From: Octopus sinensis
Taxonomy: Eukaryota
Length of the DNA stretch: 64,000 bases
NCBI RefSeq assembly: GCF_006345805.1
Contig: NC_043004.1
Coordinates: 26,350,001-26,414,000, forward strand
Reading direction: 5' to 3'
Part shown: in pieces, positions 38,744-51,099 of the stretch
How the letters are laid out: each line of letters starts with the position of its first letter
How positions within the stretch are numbered: the first letter of the stretch is position 1
The notes under the pieces: generated by a model
The model's input: only the letters and a program-made list of their open reading frames with translations
Told to the model about the DNA's origin: nothing
Databases searched by the model: none
Made by a program: the position numbers and the translations under genes

Positions 38744-38825
38744 CCCATGCTGACGAAGAAAATGGTTGGGTAAAGTATAATTCTACATTCTTTATACCGA
38801 TCTTATTCCGAAACGCGTACATGGG
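38744..38825 (+). ncRNA. Type-I hammerhead ribozyme with intact core and long helix II, in Penelope-like terminal sequence (38230-39013)
   Basis: CCCAUG-CUGACGA-[long imperfect stem]-GAAA-CGCG-UA-CAUGGG; perfect 6-bp helix I, palindromic ACGCGU helix III, GUA cleavage triplet. Confidence 0.85.
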
Positions 38826-39139
38826 TAATCATATATCGATTGATTTTCGTTATTTTTCCTCTTTGCCTGCGTGGATTGTTTTCAAGTATTTTGTTTTTTT
38901 CTGGGAGTACCTTTTTAAAGTACAGGAAATAGCTAAGGTTTTTTGGCTGCTATTTCTAAACTTCGGTATGTGGTAAAGCAAATCTTTGCTGAACCCAATT
39001 ATAAGGTATTACTTATGTATGTATATATATATATATGTGTATGTATATATATGTGTGTGTGTATATATAAATATGTATGTACATATGTGTATATATATAA
39101 ATATATATGTGTGTATACATGTATGTATATATGTGTGTT

Positions 39140-39191
<52 letters not shown>

Positions 39192-39192
<1 letters not shown>

Positions 39193-40043
39193 TAGCATTA
39201 TGACCTGGCGTTGCCGGGTCATAGTGCTAGTGCATGTATATATGTGTACATGTACATCTATATATACACATCTACACATAAAATACAAAGTTATATCTTG
39301 ATATCACTAGTGATAATACTCAAAATATATAACAGACTGGAATTGTAGGCCCGTCTCTTGCAATTTCGATCAATTGTATCTTGTCCTCCCTCTAGTATAA
39401 AAGTGTGGCTACAATCCAGCCTACCTCTACTTCTGGGGGAATATTTTAGATTTTTATCCGGGACGTCCTACGTCCCAGATATAAAGGTAAAACTAAAATA
39501 TTTCCACTTTGCAAGGTTCGAGTCGAGTACTCCCTTGCAAGCTCCGTTGACTCGAACCTTGCTTCTATTGTGGCGAATTTACCGCCTCTGGTTAGATACT
39601 TGATATATTTCATAGTCGCACCAAGACACTTTTCGATGGTGCTTTCCTCCAGGTGTTCAAATCTTTTTTTTCTCTACATTGTATACTTTATAGACAATAG
39701 TCTTTTCTTTGTCGGTGATCAATCCGAAATAGGTTTGTATTTCTTCCATTTTAATTTTAATGAGTTCGCGCCCGCCGACGGTTGCAGCGAAATTCATTTT
39801 TGGACTTTCTTCTATCGAAGGCATTCTAACAAAAATGCTTCCGTATAAACGGTGAAAATATTGTCAATTTCCCTAAACAGAGGCACAATTCAATTTTTAA
39901 ACAATAACCAAAGCTCCTTCTCCCAAAGGGGGAGGGTTACGGTTTACAATTATTTAACAAATGCAACACAACAACGTTTCCCTTACGGGGAACCAACAAA
40001 CGTGATAACAATAGTTAAACAGTAATGATAATAACAAACCTTA
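39192..40043 (-). mobile_element. Non-autonomous Helitron with intact 3' end, containing a Tx1 ORF1 fragment
   Basis: tatgacccggcaacgccaggtcata hairpin, then CTAG|T terminus at 39192; body homologous to 20500-20940. Confidence 0.85.
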
Positions 40044-40132
40044 CGGTGAATCAAAAAGTAGTACGCACTTGAAGCTATAGTCCTTTATGTATAAGAAATA
40101 AACCAACAGCAGTACTCAGTGGAAGCGGCTGT

Positions 40133-42633
40133 GATTTTTTATTATCCACAAGGGGCAGACAAAGAGGGGACAACACAATCTGCTTTGGGGTCAGATGAAC
40201 GAATGGTTTTACATATAATATGAATTTAAAAATTTTAACACATAATTACGAATCACAATAAAAACGAAAAAATCGGATGATGGGACTGACCGGAAAACAT
40301 TGCGGATGGAGTGGGGGGGGGGTTTTAGCTCGGACCCCACGAGCCCCGCCTCGCCACTGATACCTGGGTTTCATCCTGTCCCACATTTATGTGGTACCAT
40401 TCATACGCAACATCTGTACTACATTCTTCCATCGTTTTTCGAACACTTTTTCAGCCAGGCATTTTCTCTCCAGCCCTATTTTCCTTTTCAGGTGGAAGAT
40501 GAAGTAATTCATCAATCCAGGGCCAGAGATGAAATTGCCTGACTCTATACCTTTCAGCCTCGTCTTCCAAATCACCTCTCTCGCAATTGTAACTACACCG
40601 AGAAAACAATTCTTACCTTCTTTCGGGAGGAAATCCAGTGGGTCAATTTTTACAATAGACTCAGTCGACAGCTGTACTCTTCGTGTGTTTGACAACAGTT
40701 GTTCGGCATAAACCCACACCTCTGACACCTCCGGACATTGAACAATAGCATGCGGGACGGTTTCCCTATCCCGCTCGCATCTTGGACATGTCGGATTGCC
40801 TCGGCCACCATGCCTTGCGAGTTTGTCTCGAACGGGTAGAGCTCCTCTGTAACATTGCCATGCCAGAAACTTCTGAAAGTTGTCCAGGGTCTTCGGCCCG
40901 AATGTACGTCGGAACAGACTGGTCAGCTGATTATCATCGAGACCTAGGGTTTCCCCTAAAGTATCGTCACATTCGGCCTTTACCAGCCCTCTATAAAAGA
41001 ATGTGGTGGAACCCCCACCGTAAGCGTTGCCCGAGCGACGGAATAGCAGGAGAGCCTTGCGACACTCCGTAAACCATGTGCCCAGTTTCGATCGCCGATT
41101 CAACCAGGTTTCCCATCCACCGAAACTAGTAAACTTGGGAAACATCAGTTTTGCCAGCGGAGACCACACACGTTCACCATCCAGGTAGAGCCACAGATAC
41201 CTCAACCTCAGCGCATGTCTGCGCATCAACAGCTAAGGCATCCCTAGCCCACCGGTTGTTGACAGCAAGTATAGCGTTTCACAAGCAGTTTCGAGCCCCT
41301 CCACAAAAAGTGAAAGAGCTGTCTTTCCAACTTAATCAACCACGAATCGGGGCAAGGAACGACGGATAGGCGGTAGGTGATGACCGATGTGATGAACACA
41401 TTGGCTACCTCCACCCTTCCTTTATGGGATAGCCACCGCCAATACCAGGTCTTGACTACTGCAGTCACCCTGCCCGATACCTCGGCCCAGTTCTTCTCTA
41501 TTTGGAGGTCTGGTCCAAACCAAACCCCTAGCAACTTAATCGGACCCTCAGTCCAACGTCCCACGACGCTGTCAGGAGGCAGCGACTTGCCTCTCTAGGT
41601 GCCGAGCTGCAAGCTGACTGACTTTTCACTTTTGCTCCTGCCACCGTCTCGTAAGCCTCTATGGCCTTGCCTACCCTCTGTAGGTGATCCATTTCGGTTA
41701 CGATGATGGTGATGTCATCCACGTAAGCTGACATCGATTTTCCACAACCTGGCTGTCTCGGGATGCCGCTCAATTTTCGCAGTAATGGCTCAAGAGCCAT
41801 CACGTACAAAAGCGGGGAGAGCGGACACCCTTGACGAACCGAACGTTTAATGTTGAACGGCTTCGATAAGAAGTCGTTCACCCGAACTACCGAGTCGATG
41901 TTGTCATAAATCTGAATGATCCACCTGAGGAAACCAAGACCCAGGCCGAACTGTGCCAGAACGGACACCAGGTAGCGATGGTCAACTCTATCAAAAGCCT
42001 TAGATTGGTCTAAACGGACCAGTGCCCCACCCTTGCCAGAATCACTATTAAGCCCCTCTAAAGTGTACAGCATAAGATGGAGATTATCCTGAATGGTTCT
42101 GCCGGGAACAGCACATGTCTGTACTCCCCCCCCCCGATCAGACCATCCGCGACACAAGCCAATCTTTTCGATAACACTTTGGCCAAAATCTTCAACTCTG
42201 TGTTTAGCAGTGTGATGGGCCGAAAATTACAATCCCCCTTGTCCGGGTCCTTTCTGACAAGAGTCACTACTCCCCGGCGCACAGATCTGGGAATAAACCC
42301 GTTCTGCTGCCAGTTCGCGTAGACCTCCGCCAGTAGGTGCCCGAACAAGTCTGGCATACTCTTATATAACTCATAAGGTAGACCATCCAGACCTGGCGCC
42401 TTACCAACGCCGCAGTCCGCCATAACCTCAGCCACCTCCTCAGGCGTGATCGGCCCTTCACAGCTCTCCGCGTCTCGCACCGATACGCGCAGCAGCCCGT
42501 CGAGGAAGTCCGTAAAGTCCCTCCTACTATCCGGTCTGCAGCCGCCCCCACCGAAAAGCTGAGCGAAGTGCTCCTGAAAGGCCTCACACATCTCCTTGGG
42601 TTCGTCTATCAACTTACCTTGTTGGTTTGTCAA
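40133..42633 (-). mobile_element. Tx1/L1-clade LINE, 5'-truncated, lightly frameshifted
   Basis: KAPGLDGLPYE, NFRPITLLNTELKILAK, LDQSKAFDRVDH, VRQGCPLSPLLY, AYVDD, CPRC..ETVPHAIVQC zinc motif; ends aataaaaaat. Confidence 0.95.
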
Positions 42634-42645
42634 AGATTATAATCA

Positions 42646-42772
42646 AAATAAGCAACAAGTATATCCAAGGTAGTGTAGTACAATTGTTTCATGCTACTTA
42701 CAGTGTTTAATAAAATGAAGTAGCATTGAAACAATTGTACTACTCTACCTCGGATATACTTGTTGCTTATTT
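42646..42772. repeat. Imperfect 54/55-bp-arm hairpin built from the 3' half of a hammerhead motif
   Basis: Arms 42646-42699 and 42718-42772 each carry GAAA-CAATTG-TA-CTAC. Confidence 0.75.
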
Positions 42773-42794
42773 GGATATATATATATATATATAT

Positions 42795-44200
42795 ATATAT
42801 TTAGTGAAGGGAAGAAATGGAGCTGAACGAAGATTCTACAGAATTCCTTTTATTATTTTCTACACATGTTTCAAAGGCCGCAAATTTCCAAATTCGGATT
42901 GAATAAGGAGACCATTTTGCAGCTTTCTCTTCAGGAAAATCCAGGAATTTAAATCTCCAAACAAATGCGCAGCAAGCAATTCGAACAAAACGCTCCTTAG
43001 GAGCCCATGGAATGGCAAAAACTGTCTCTCAATGTGCGTTGACGTCAGGGGGGTGGAGGCCGACGAAAAAGTCCGTTGGAACAAATCGAGGTCAAACTGC
43101 GGTCAAACCTGGTAGGGGAAGAAATACTGAAAACCAAAGGGTATGAATATATTCTGTATAACTAATGTTAATGTTCGGATTGTTTTAAGAATTAAGGCTA
43201 TGTTATTTAGGTGTGCGAACCTACCTACATGTATGTGTGTGTGCGCCTGTGTATGTGTGGCAGTATGTTAGGAAGCAGCTAGAGGGAAAGAGTACTGCTG
43301 ATATTGTTGGTCAAGCGGCTGATAAAAGCCTGTGTCTGTGTGTTCGTCTGTGGCCAGCTTGTATACAGATGACTTGTCAAATCAAGGGGCGTATAATCCC
43401 TGATATTGCTTCTAAAAAAGTAGCAGACCATACGCTAAAAGGGGAGTAATTTTCCCTTGCAAATTTAATTCAAAGATTTTTTCAAAATTTTTTCCAATTG
43501 GAAAAAATTTTGAAAAAATCTTTGAATTAAATTTGCAAGGGGAAATTACTCCCCTTTTAGCGTATGGTCTGCTACTTTTTTAGAAGCAATATCAGGGATT
43601 ATACGCCCCTTGATTTGACAAGTCATCTGTATACAAGCTGGCCACAGACGAATACACAGACACAGGCTTTTATCAGCCGCTTGACCAACAATATCAGCAG
43701 TACTCTTTCCCTCTAGCTGCTTCCTAACATACTGCCACACATACACAGGCGCACACACACATACATGTAGGTAGGTTCGCACACCTAAATAACATAGCCT
43801 TAATTCTTAAAACAATCCGAACATTAACATTAGTTATACAGAATATATTCATACCCTTTGGTTTTCAGTATTTCTTCCCCTACCAGGTTTGACCGCAGTT
43901 TGACCTCGATTTGTTCCAACGGACTTTTTCGTCGGCCTCCACCCCCCTGACGTCAACGCACATTGAGAGACAGTTTTTGCCATTCCATGGGCTCCTAAGG
44001 AGCGTTTTGTTCGAATTGCTTGCTGCGCATTTGTTTGGAGATTTAAATTCCTGGATTTTCCTGAAGAGAAAGCTGCAAAATGGTCTCCTTATTCAATCCG
44101 AATTTGGAAATTTGCGGCCTTTGAAACATGTGTAGAAAATAATAAAAGGAATTCTGTAGAATCTTCGTTCAGCTCCATTTCTTCCCTTCACTAAATATAT
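42795..44200. repeat. 1406-bp spacerless palindrome (703-bp arms, 1 mismatch found)
   Basis: Centre caattg at 43495-43500; mirrored ORFs 42860/43911 and 43213/43546; mismatch at 43342/43653. Confidence 0.95.
44055..44140 (+). ncRNA. Type-I hammerhead motif (mirror copy at 42855-42940 on minus)
   Basis: AUUUUC-CUGAAGA-G-AAAG CUGCAAA..UUUGCGG C CUUU-GAAA-CAUGUG-UA-GAAAAU; 6-bp helix I, extended helix II, GUA triplet. Confidence 0.75.
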
Positions 44201-44343
44201 TAAACTTCAATTATCCGCGCTAAGGACGGTTGTGACACCCCATGGTCGTAACTTCAACCGTGTTTTTTCTGTTGTGATTTTTGCTACCCAGGTATCGGTT
44301 AAATTTTGAATAATCCGTAACAAGATAATTCATTTATCCATTT

Positions 44344-44381
<38 letters not shown>

Positions 44382-44383
<2 letters not shown>

Positions 44384-44678
44384 CCGTGATCACCGTGACC
44401 GACCAGGCTATCAGATGTTGCTACACATCGCTGGTCACAATACGCTTCGCATTGTTTTAGCCTTTAAATGACGCCACCCCGCTGGCTAAGCGAGCAGGCC
44501 AACAGAAGAAAGAGTGAGAGAAAGTTGTGGCGAAAGAGTACAGCAGGGTTCGCCACAATCTCCTGCCGGAGCCTCGTGGACCTTTAGGTCTTTTCGCTCA
44601 ATAAACACTCACAACGACCGGTCTGGGAATCGAAACCGCGAACCTACGACCGCGCGTCCGCTGCCCTAACCACTGGGC
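44382..44678 (-). mobile_element. tRNA(Arg)-like SINE (OR1/OR2-like), tail shared with 60180-60460
   Basis: gcccagtggttagggc..gcggtttcgattccc head; tail ggctaaaacaatgcgaagcgtattgtgaccagcgatgtg. Confidence 0.8.
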
Positions 44679-45019
44679 TATATATATATATACGATGACC
44701 GTCTTTTAGTGTCCGGCTGCCAAACTCACTCAAAGCATTAGTCGGCCCAAGTCAAAAGATGCCCAATGTGACATGTAGTGGGGCTGAACCTGGAACCATA
44801 TCATATATACAGAAAGAGAGAAAGAGAAAGAGAGACAGAAAGAGGGACAAAAACTATCAGTTCTAAATCTCCGAGCGAGAAACGTGCAGCAACATTATCG
44901 TAAAGTTTATTCAATAAGTATCAGACTTGATTAGAACGAATGTTACTGCTTTCCAGCTGGCTATTGACGCGCAAACATCGCTCCCTTGTTCGAAGTGTAA
45001 GAGTGATGTATATATATAT

Positions 45020-45105
<86 letters not shown>

Positions 45106-45249
45106 AATTAGAGGACAACCGCCATGTAGCAATTCAACAATGATATACTTAAATCATACCATATAGAAAAAAATTAAAGATATGATAAAACATTTACCTA
45201 GAACTAAATTAAGTACGAAATAATAAAAAAATAGTATATAATTAGTATA

Positions 45250-45334
45250 TAGACTACACGTGTTTCGTGGCTGTATTTTCAAACTGATAACAGTAAAATC
45301 AATTCAATTTAAATATAGTTACTCATCAGGTCCA
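45250..45334 (-). ncRNA. Type-I hammerhead motif with intact core inside a very AT-rich element (45140-46230)
   Basis: UGGAC-CUGAUGA-G[about 19-bp imperfect stem]C-GAAA-CACGUG-UA-GUCUA; perfect ACACGUGU palindrome. Confidence 0.8.
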
Positions 45335-45710
45335 AGATAAAAACAATAAAATAATTAATTAAATGTACGTATATTATCTAATAAGAATGTATAAATATAT
45401 ATGAAAATACGTAATTTTTCAATAAAAAAAATCGAACAAAAATCCAACAATACATCTTAAAGCAAAAACACAAAATATCTTATTAAATAGATTCTGTTAA
45501 ATAAAATCTTTAAGCTTAATACGTAGGACTTAGTGTTTATAATCATTTTATCTCGTTAAAAACGTGGTGCAAATAAAACTAGAATAAATAAATCTAAATA
45601 TTTATTTTATCTATGAGAATATATTTAAGCTTATAGAAAAAAATATCAAACTATAGTATATCATCATTACTGGAAAATTAAAATACAAGTAATTAAAACA
45701 AAATAATTAA

Positions 45711-45742
<32 letters not shown>

Positions 45743-46279
45743 CATAATATACATTAAATGAAGCTATATGTAATACGTTAATTCACAAGATAATAACAAT
45801 AAAAAAATAATAAAAATAATAAGTAAATAAATATATATATATATCGTAACTCATAATTATCAAATAACAATATAGAAATCAATATTTTTACAATAATAAT
45901 CAAACAAAATTCAATCCAAAATTCAATAATATTGTGATGAAAGAAATGCATTACTTATCTAATGAAAAAATTTTAACTGAATCTTAAACGTAAAAATGTA
46001 GGCCTTAGCGTTTATAAAACATTTTACTCGTGAAGACGTTGCGTAAATATAAAAAATAGAATAAATGTATAAAATTATGTTTTATATTAATGAAAATGAC
46101 GAAAGATATTTAAGCTTCTAGAATCAGAGATTAAGAGAACAAAAAACAAAAGTATAGATTACAAATTGCTGGGAGATTTAAAGACCAAACAATTAATACT
46201 AAAATACGTTAAATATAGATAATATAGTTAAACTAGCTTAAGGTGACCCGCTCTACGTGCGGGTAAGAGTGTGGTTGTT

Positions 46280-46612
46280 ACTTTCTGTTGCTTCCTTTCA
46301 GCACGTAAAAAGCACCATCCGAACGTGGCCGATTGCAGCGCCGCCTTGAGTGGCTTCTGTGCGGGTGGCACATAAAAAGCACCAACCAATCGTGGCCGCT
46401 GCCAGCCACCCTGGTACCTGTGCCGGCGGCACGAAAAAAGCACCCACTACACTCACAGAGTGGTTGGCGTTAGGAAGGGCATCCACCTGTAGAAACACTG
46501 CCAGATCAGACTGGAGCCTGGTGCAGCCTCCTGGCTTCCCAGACCCCGGTCAAAGTGTCCAACCCGTTCTAGCACGGAAAACGGATGTTAAACGATGATG
46601 ATGATGATGATT
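46280..46612 (+). mobile_element. RTE-type 3' end, 3 units plus (GAT)n tail
   Basis: Same tail as 4020-4511. Confidence 0.85.
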
Positions 46613-47223
46613 CTCCCTCATTGTTTCTCTCTCCTTTCTCTCTCACTTTCCCACTCTCTTACTTTTCTTTTCTCTCGGACTCTCCCTCGCTTTCTCTTAC
46701 TCTCTATCTTTATCTATCTCTCTCCCATTTATAAACAACAAAAGATCTTGAGTAAGTTGAGAAAGTAAAATATTTTGAAAGATCAATCATAAATATCAGG
46801 CAGTGACAACGGAAAGGTCTGCTTCAAGGCAGACAGCAAAGCAATAACATTTAAAAAGGACAGACGAACTTGAGGGCTGAATAAAAATAAAAAAAAATAT
46901 TGGAAACCAAAGTTTGAAGGTATAGAATCTGAGGATAGTAGTTACCATGGCTGGCATTTCTTAACGACGGACAGCAACGTATTGGCAATTTAACGGCTGG
47001 CGTAAAATTTTGAACTTGTTGTAAAAGAAAATTCCAAAACACCAAGTTTTGAAGTGATTCTTTCTCACGACAGTAGACTCACCTTGGTAAGCATTCAAAA
47101 CTTCATCATCGATAACAACACATTAACGATTTAAAGTCTAGCGCAATCGCATTATATATCTATGAGTGTGTGTGTGTGTGTGTGTGTACGCATTATATAT
47201 ATAAATGTATACAAATTATATAT

Positions 47224-47256
<33 letters not shown>

Positions 47257-47879
47257 GTATATGTATATTAATTAGAGATAAAACCACTATTAGGCAAATT
47301 AAACAGTGAAAAACATGAAAGTAAAAATATAATGTACAAAATATATAAAATATAAAATTGAAAAATTTAAATAATATTAATTTAAAATTAAAATTATTAA
47401 TTTATATTTATAATTTTTTTAAATATATATAACTATCAAAAAGTATTAAAAAGTTTAATATACATAAATACAGATATATACACTTTGTATATATACATTA
47501 TATATACATATTTATATATAGAACACACACACACACACACGCACACATATATATAAATTAACCCAATAAATATCTGATTCATAATATTTGTTCTCATGAT
47601 TGTGTGGTGGTGGTGGTGGTGGCGATGATAATTCTGTCTATGAATGCAGACAGACGTAGAGAGAGAGAGAGTGTGTGAAAGCGCTGTCGAAGGCGGTGAG
47701 GGGGGAGATATAGAACGCCGTGACACGGCGTTATAAAGAGAAAGTGAAGGGGGGTTAGACGCTGTTAAACGACGTTATATATAGAAAGTAATGGGAAGGG
47801 AGGAAAGAGAGTGAGTGACGGAGGAAGACAGATACATAAAAGAATGAGAGTAGACTTGTCAAAGTGCGTTTTTGGCCCT

Positions 47880-48062
47880 AGCAACGACACCTTTTAAGAT
47901 GGGGATTTCTAACCTAGCCCACTGGCATCCTCACCTCATTTTACATGTCCCTGTAAATTTTGGAGTCAATCCGACGGGATCTAGTGGCCTTTAACCCGTT
48001 CTCAATGCCAAAACCAGACAAACAAACAAACTTTTCGCATTTCAGATTTATAATATAGAGAT
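47880..48062 (-). mobile_element. Helitron-like 5' end
   Basis: a|tctctatattataaaatctgaaatgcgaaaagtttgtttgtttgtctgg; 3' end not established. Confidence 0.5.
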
Positions 48063-48285
48063 TAATTTATATTACTATAATTAATAGATATTCATTAAAT
48101 TATATATTCATTTATTTATTAAGAAACATCCAAGTTTAAATGTATTCAAATAATGTAATATAACGTATAATATCATGCTAATTTATACACTAATACTACT
48201 ATAAATTATATCTACAATAAGTTAGTAACAAAAAATAAGGTTTTATAAATACGGAAAAATTAGCTAAACTTATATAAGTAATGTA

Positions 48286-48458
<173 letters not shown>

Positions 48459-48477
48459 AGGTGGGAAAGAAAATTAC

Positions 48478-49065
48478 AAATACGTTTCTTTATTAGCCAC
48501 ACAGGGCTGCACACAGACGGGACAAATTACAAGGTAGAACTTTTCTTTTGGGGATAAAAAAAAGTGGGGTTGGTTTTCGATCAAATGGGATCGTAAAAGG
48601 AAAGAAAGAGGAAAGCAAATACAAAGGGGGGGGGGGGTAAAAATAAAAGGAAAAAGAAAAAATCGATCAATAGGGATCGTTATCACAGAAATGTCAATAT
48701 AAAGTGTAAAAGGTAAGGCAGATGAGGTTTACCCGTGGAAAGAAAATCCTACGGAAAAGACCACGGTAACCTCGGTCAATGAAGTCACATGTTATATTTT
48801 TTTTACAAATATGTAACTTTCTGTATTAAATTTTTACGGTTCATACGATCATAGTGAAGGTGGCTTCGTCATTCATACGTGCCATCCTTGCTACATTCAC
48901 CCATCTTTTTTTAAGACATTCACTAGACAAAACTTGCCTCTCTACTCTCACTTTCCTTTTCAAGTGATACTTGAAGAAGTTGATGAGAGATTGATCAGAG
49001 AGGAAAGCGTTTGTCTCTAATCCTTTCAGGCGCGTCCACCAGATACATTCTTTCGCCATAGCCAC
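48478..49065 (-). mobile_element. Tx1-type LINE 3' fragment
   Basis: AKECIWWTRLKGLE..FFKYHLKRKVRVER..KRW is paralogous to the C-terminus in ORF 40387-41229; tail ends aataaagaaa. Confidence 0.85.
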
Positions 49066-49291
49066 AAGTATGATAAAAATAGCTCAAATAACAATAATCA
49101 ACATCAGAAGATTGCTCTTAACATTCCTGAAATTGTCGTTTTAGTATTATCTGTAAGCCTAGCACTTATTCTGTCGGATTTCTTTTGTCGAATGGCTTGT
49201 TTACAGGGACGTAAACACGCCAACATTGGTGGTGAAGCGATAGTTGGGGGACAAATGCAGACACAAATACATACATACATACATACATACA

Positions 49292-49344
<53 letters not shown>

Positions 49345-49959
49345 GGAACGTAGCATCCGGGCTTATTTACACAATTATAGCAGAATCCACGGTCATAATC
49401 TTCAAATTAATATAGATGTCTGGCCATTTGAGCAACAAAATTCAGAGAAACAAAAATTCAGATTTCCAAACAAATATTTTAACACAAAAAGCACAGCGAT
49501 TACAACAAAAGAAAAAAGAGCAAAATAGGTTTCATACCTGTTTCAAAAAGACAATATACTAATGGAAAAGATGCCAAATTACTATGAAAGTAATATTAAT
49601 CAGAATTTGTCTTCGTGCATTGCACTAAGCGAAAAAAACCCCCAAAACTCGGCCTGACTCATACATTGCTTAAAATAGTACTATAATACTTTTTTTAAGA
49701 GGTCGTATATTGAAGTAGATTTCGATCCCGGGAACACCGATTGCTTTTGTGTCTCGTGTTTTCCACAATCTATAAATTTTAATTTTTTTAAGGGTATTTC
49801 TGAAAAAACTGAAATTTCTCTTAGTTTTGGTTTCAAAGCACTCGCAGGTGTACTTGCCATGAAACTTTTTACTCCACACATTTTTAACGTCTTACCTACC
49901 AGAACGAAAGGCACCACCTAATTTTTTTTATTACTTTCAGCATTTTAAACAGAAGCCAT

Positions 49960-50800
49960 CAGGAATTTCATTTATTTTTTTCTTTCCTCTTCATTGTATT
50001 CGTCTCCTCCCGGATCTTTGCTGCCGTTTGTGATGCCGGAGAGTTGGGAGTCGCTGCTTTCACCGCTAGAGGTGCGACTCCTTTCCCTACTCTTAGGTTC
50101 TCTTGTGGTTTAGGTGGGGAGCACTCTGCTCTTATGTGGCCCTTCTGGACACATTTAAAACAACGAACCCTTGTACTCTCCTCCATAACTCTTAGCTTGC
50201 TAAGATGTCGACAATCTTCTCGAGAACGGCAGGGGAAGGCTGGATTGGCATCTCTAATCCTTGCTCCTGCCAGTTCTAGTGTTTGATTTTGGTTGCTTGG
50301 AGGATTGTTATTTTTTCCTCCAAACCTTTGATGATTGCCGCCACCTGGCAGATAACATCGATCTTTGATATAATCTCTCCCGCCTCAACCTTGGAAGTAC
50401 GTCCACTCAGGTATGTGGCTAAGAGGACCACTTCGTTGGTTTTCGGCAGGGTCGTAGAGTGTTGACTGAGAATATCTTCGGATGAGAACAGCACCTCCAC
50501 CGTCGCAAAACTTTTGCCTCTGGTAAGATATGCAATATCTTGCCAGATGGGCCTCGGACACTTTTCCACTTGTTCTTTCGTCACTATGTCGAGCAAAGCT
50601 TTTCATATAGACGGTTTTAAAAATCACCGTTTTACGGGAGGTTGTATGGGACAATTCTTTCGGAAGCATCAGTTTAATTCCGTGCCTTTCCTTACATAGA
50701 AGACACTTGAATTTATCAAGTTGTTCCTTTCAATGCACATTTTTCCTCTTGTGACACTAGTCGTTGTTGCAAAATTGTCTGCTTTTTTGGCTTTAGTGTC
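49960..50800 (-). mobile_element. Tx1/L1 ORF1 (gag-like) remnant with CCHC zinc knuckle
   Basis: RCFKCVQKGHIRAEC (CX2CX4HX4C) preceded by IAYLTRGKSFATVEVLF..LATYLSGRTSKV. Confidence 0.8.
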
Positions 50801-51099
50801 ATTTTCCTTTTGTATTATTTTGTCCAATATTTTGACACACTGTGTTAATTCTTCCTCGGAGGATTCGACGTTATTTTAACTCCCATCTGATAATATCATC
50901 GTTCTATTTTTTTAAAACAAAACACAATAAAACATTTTCCCCCTTCAAACAAGTGGAAAAACGTCAATGTGTCTGCAACTACGCAGAATTAACAAAGTGT
51001 TTTAACAACACAGTTCAACAATAATTACAACAAACAGTTTTGCCTTAAAACCAAGCCAAACTCGAAAACGGAAAAATTTCAAACTGATTTTAATTGACA

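Noticed and set aside
47075-47095. Minus-strand ATGCTTACCAAG|gtgagt (MLTK) as the first exon of a third gene
   Set aside because: Good donor, but no downstream coding exons could be identified.
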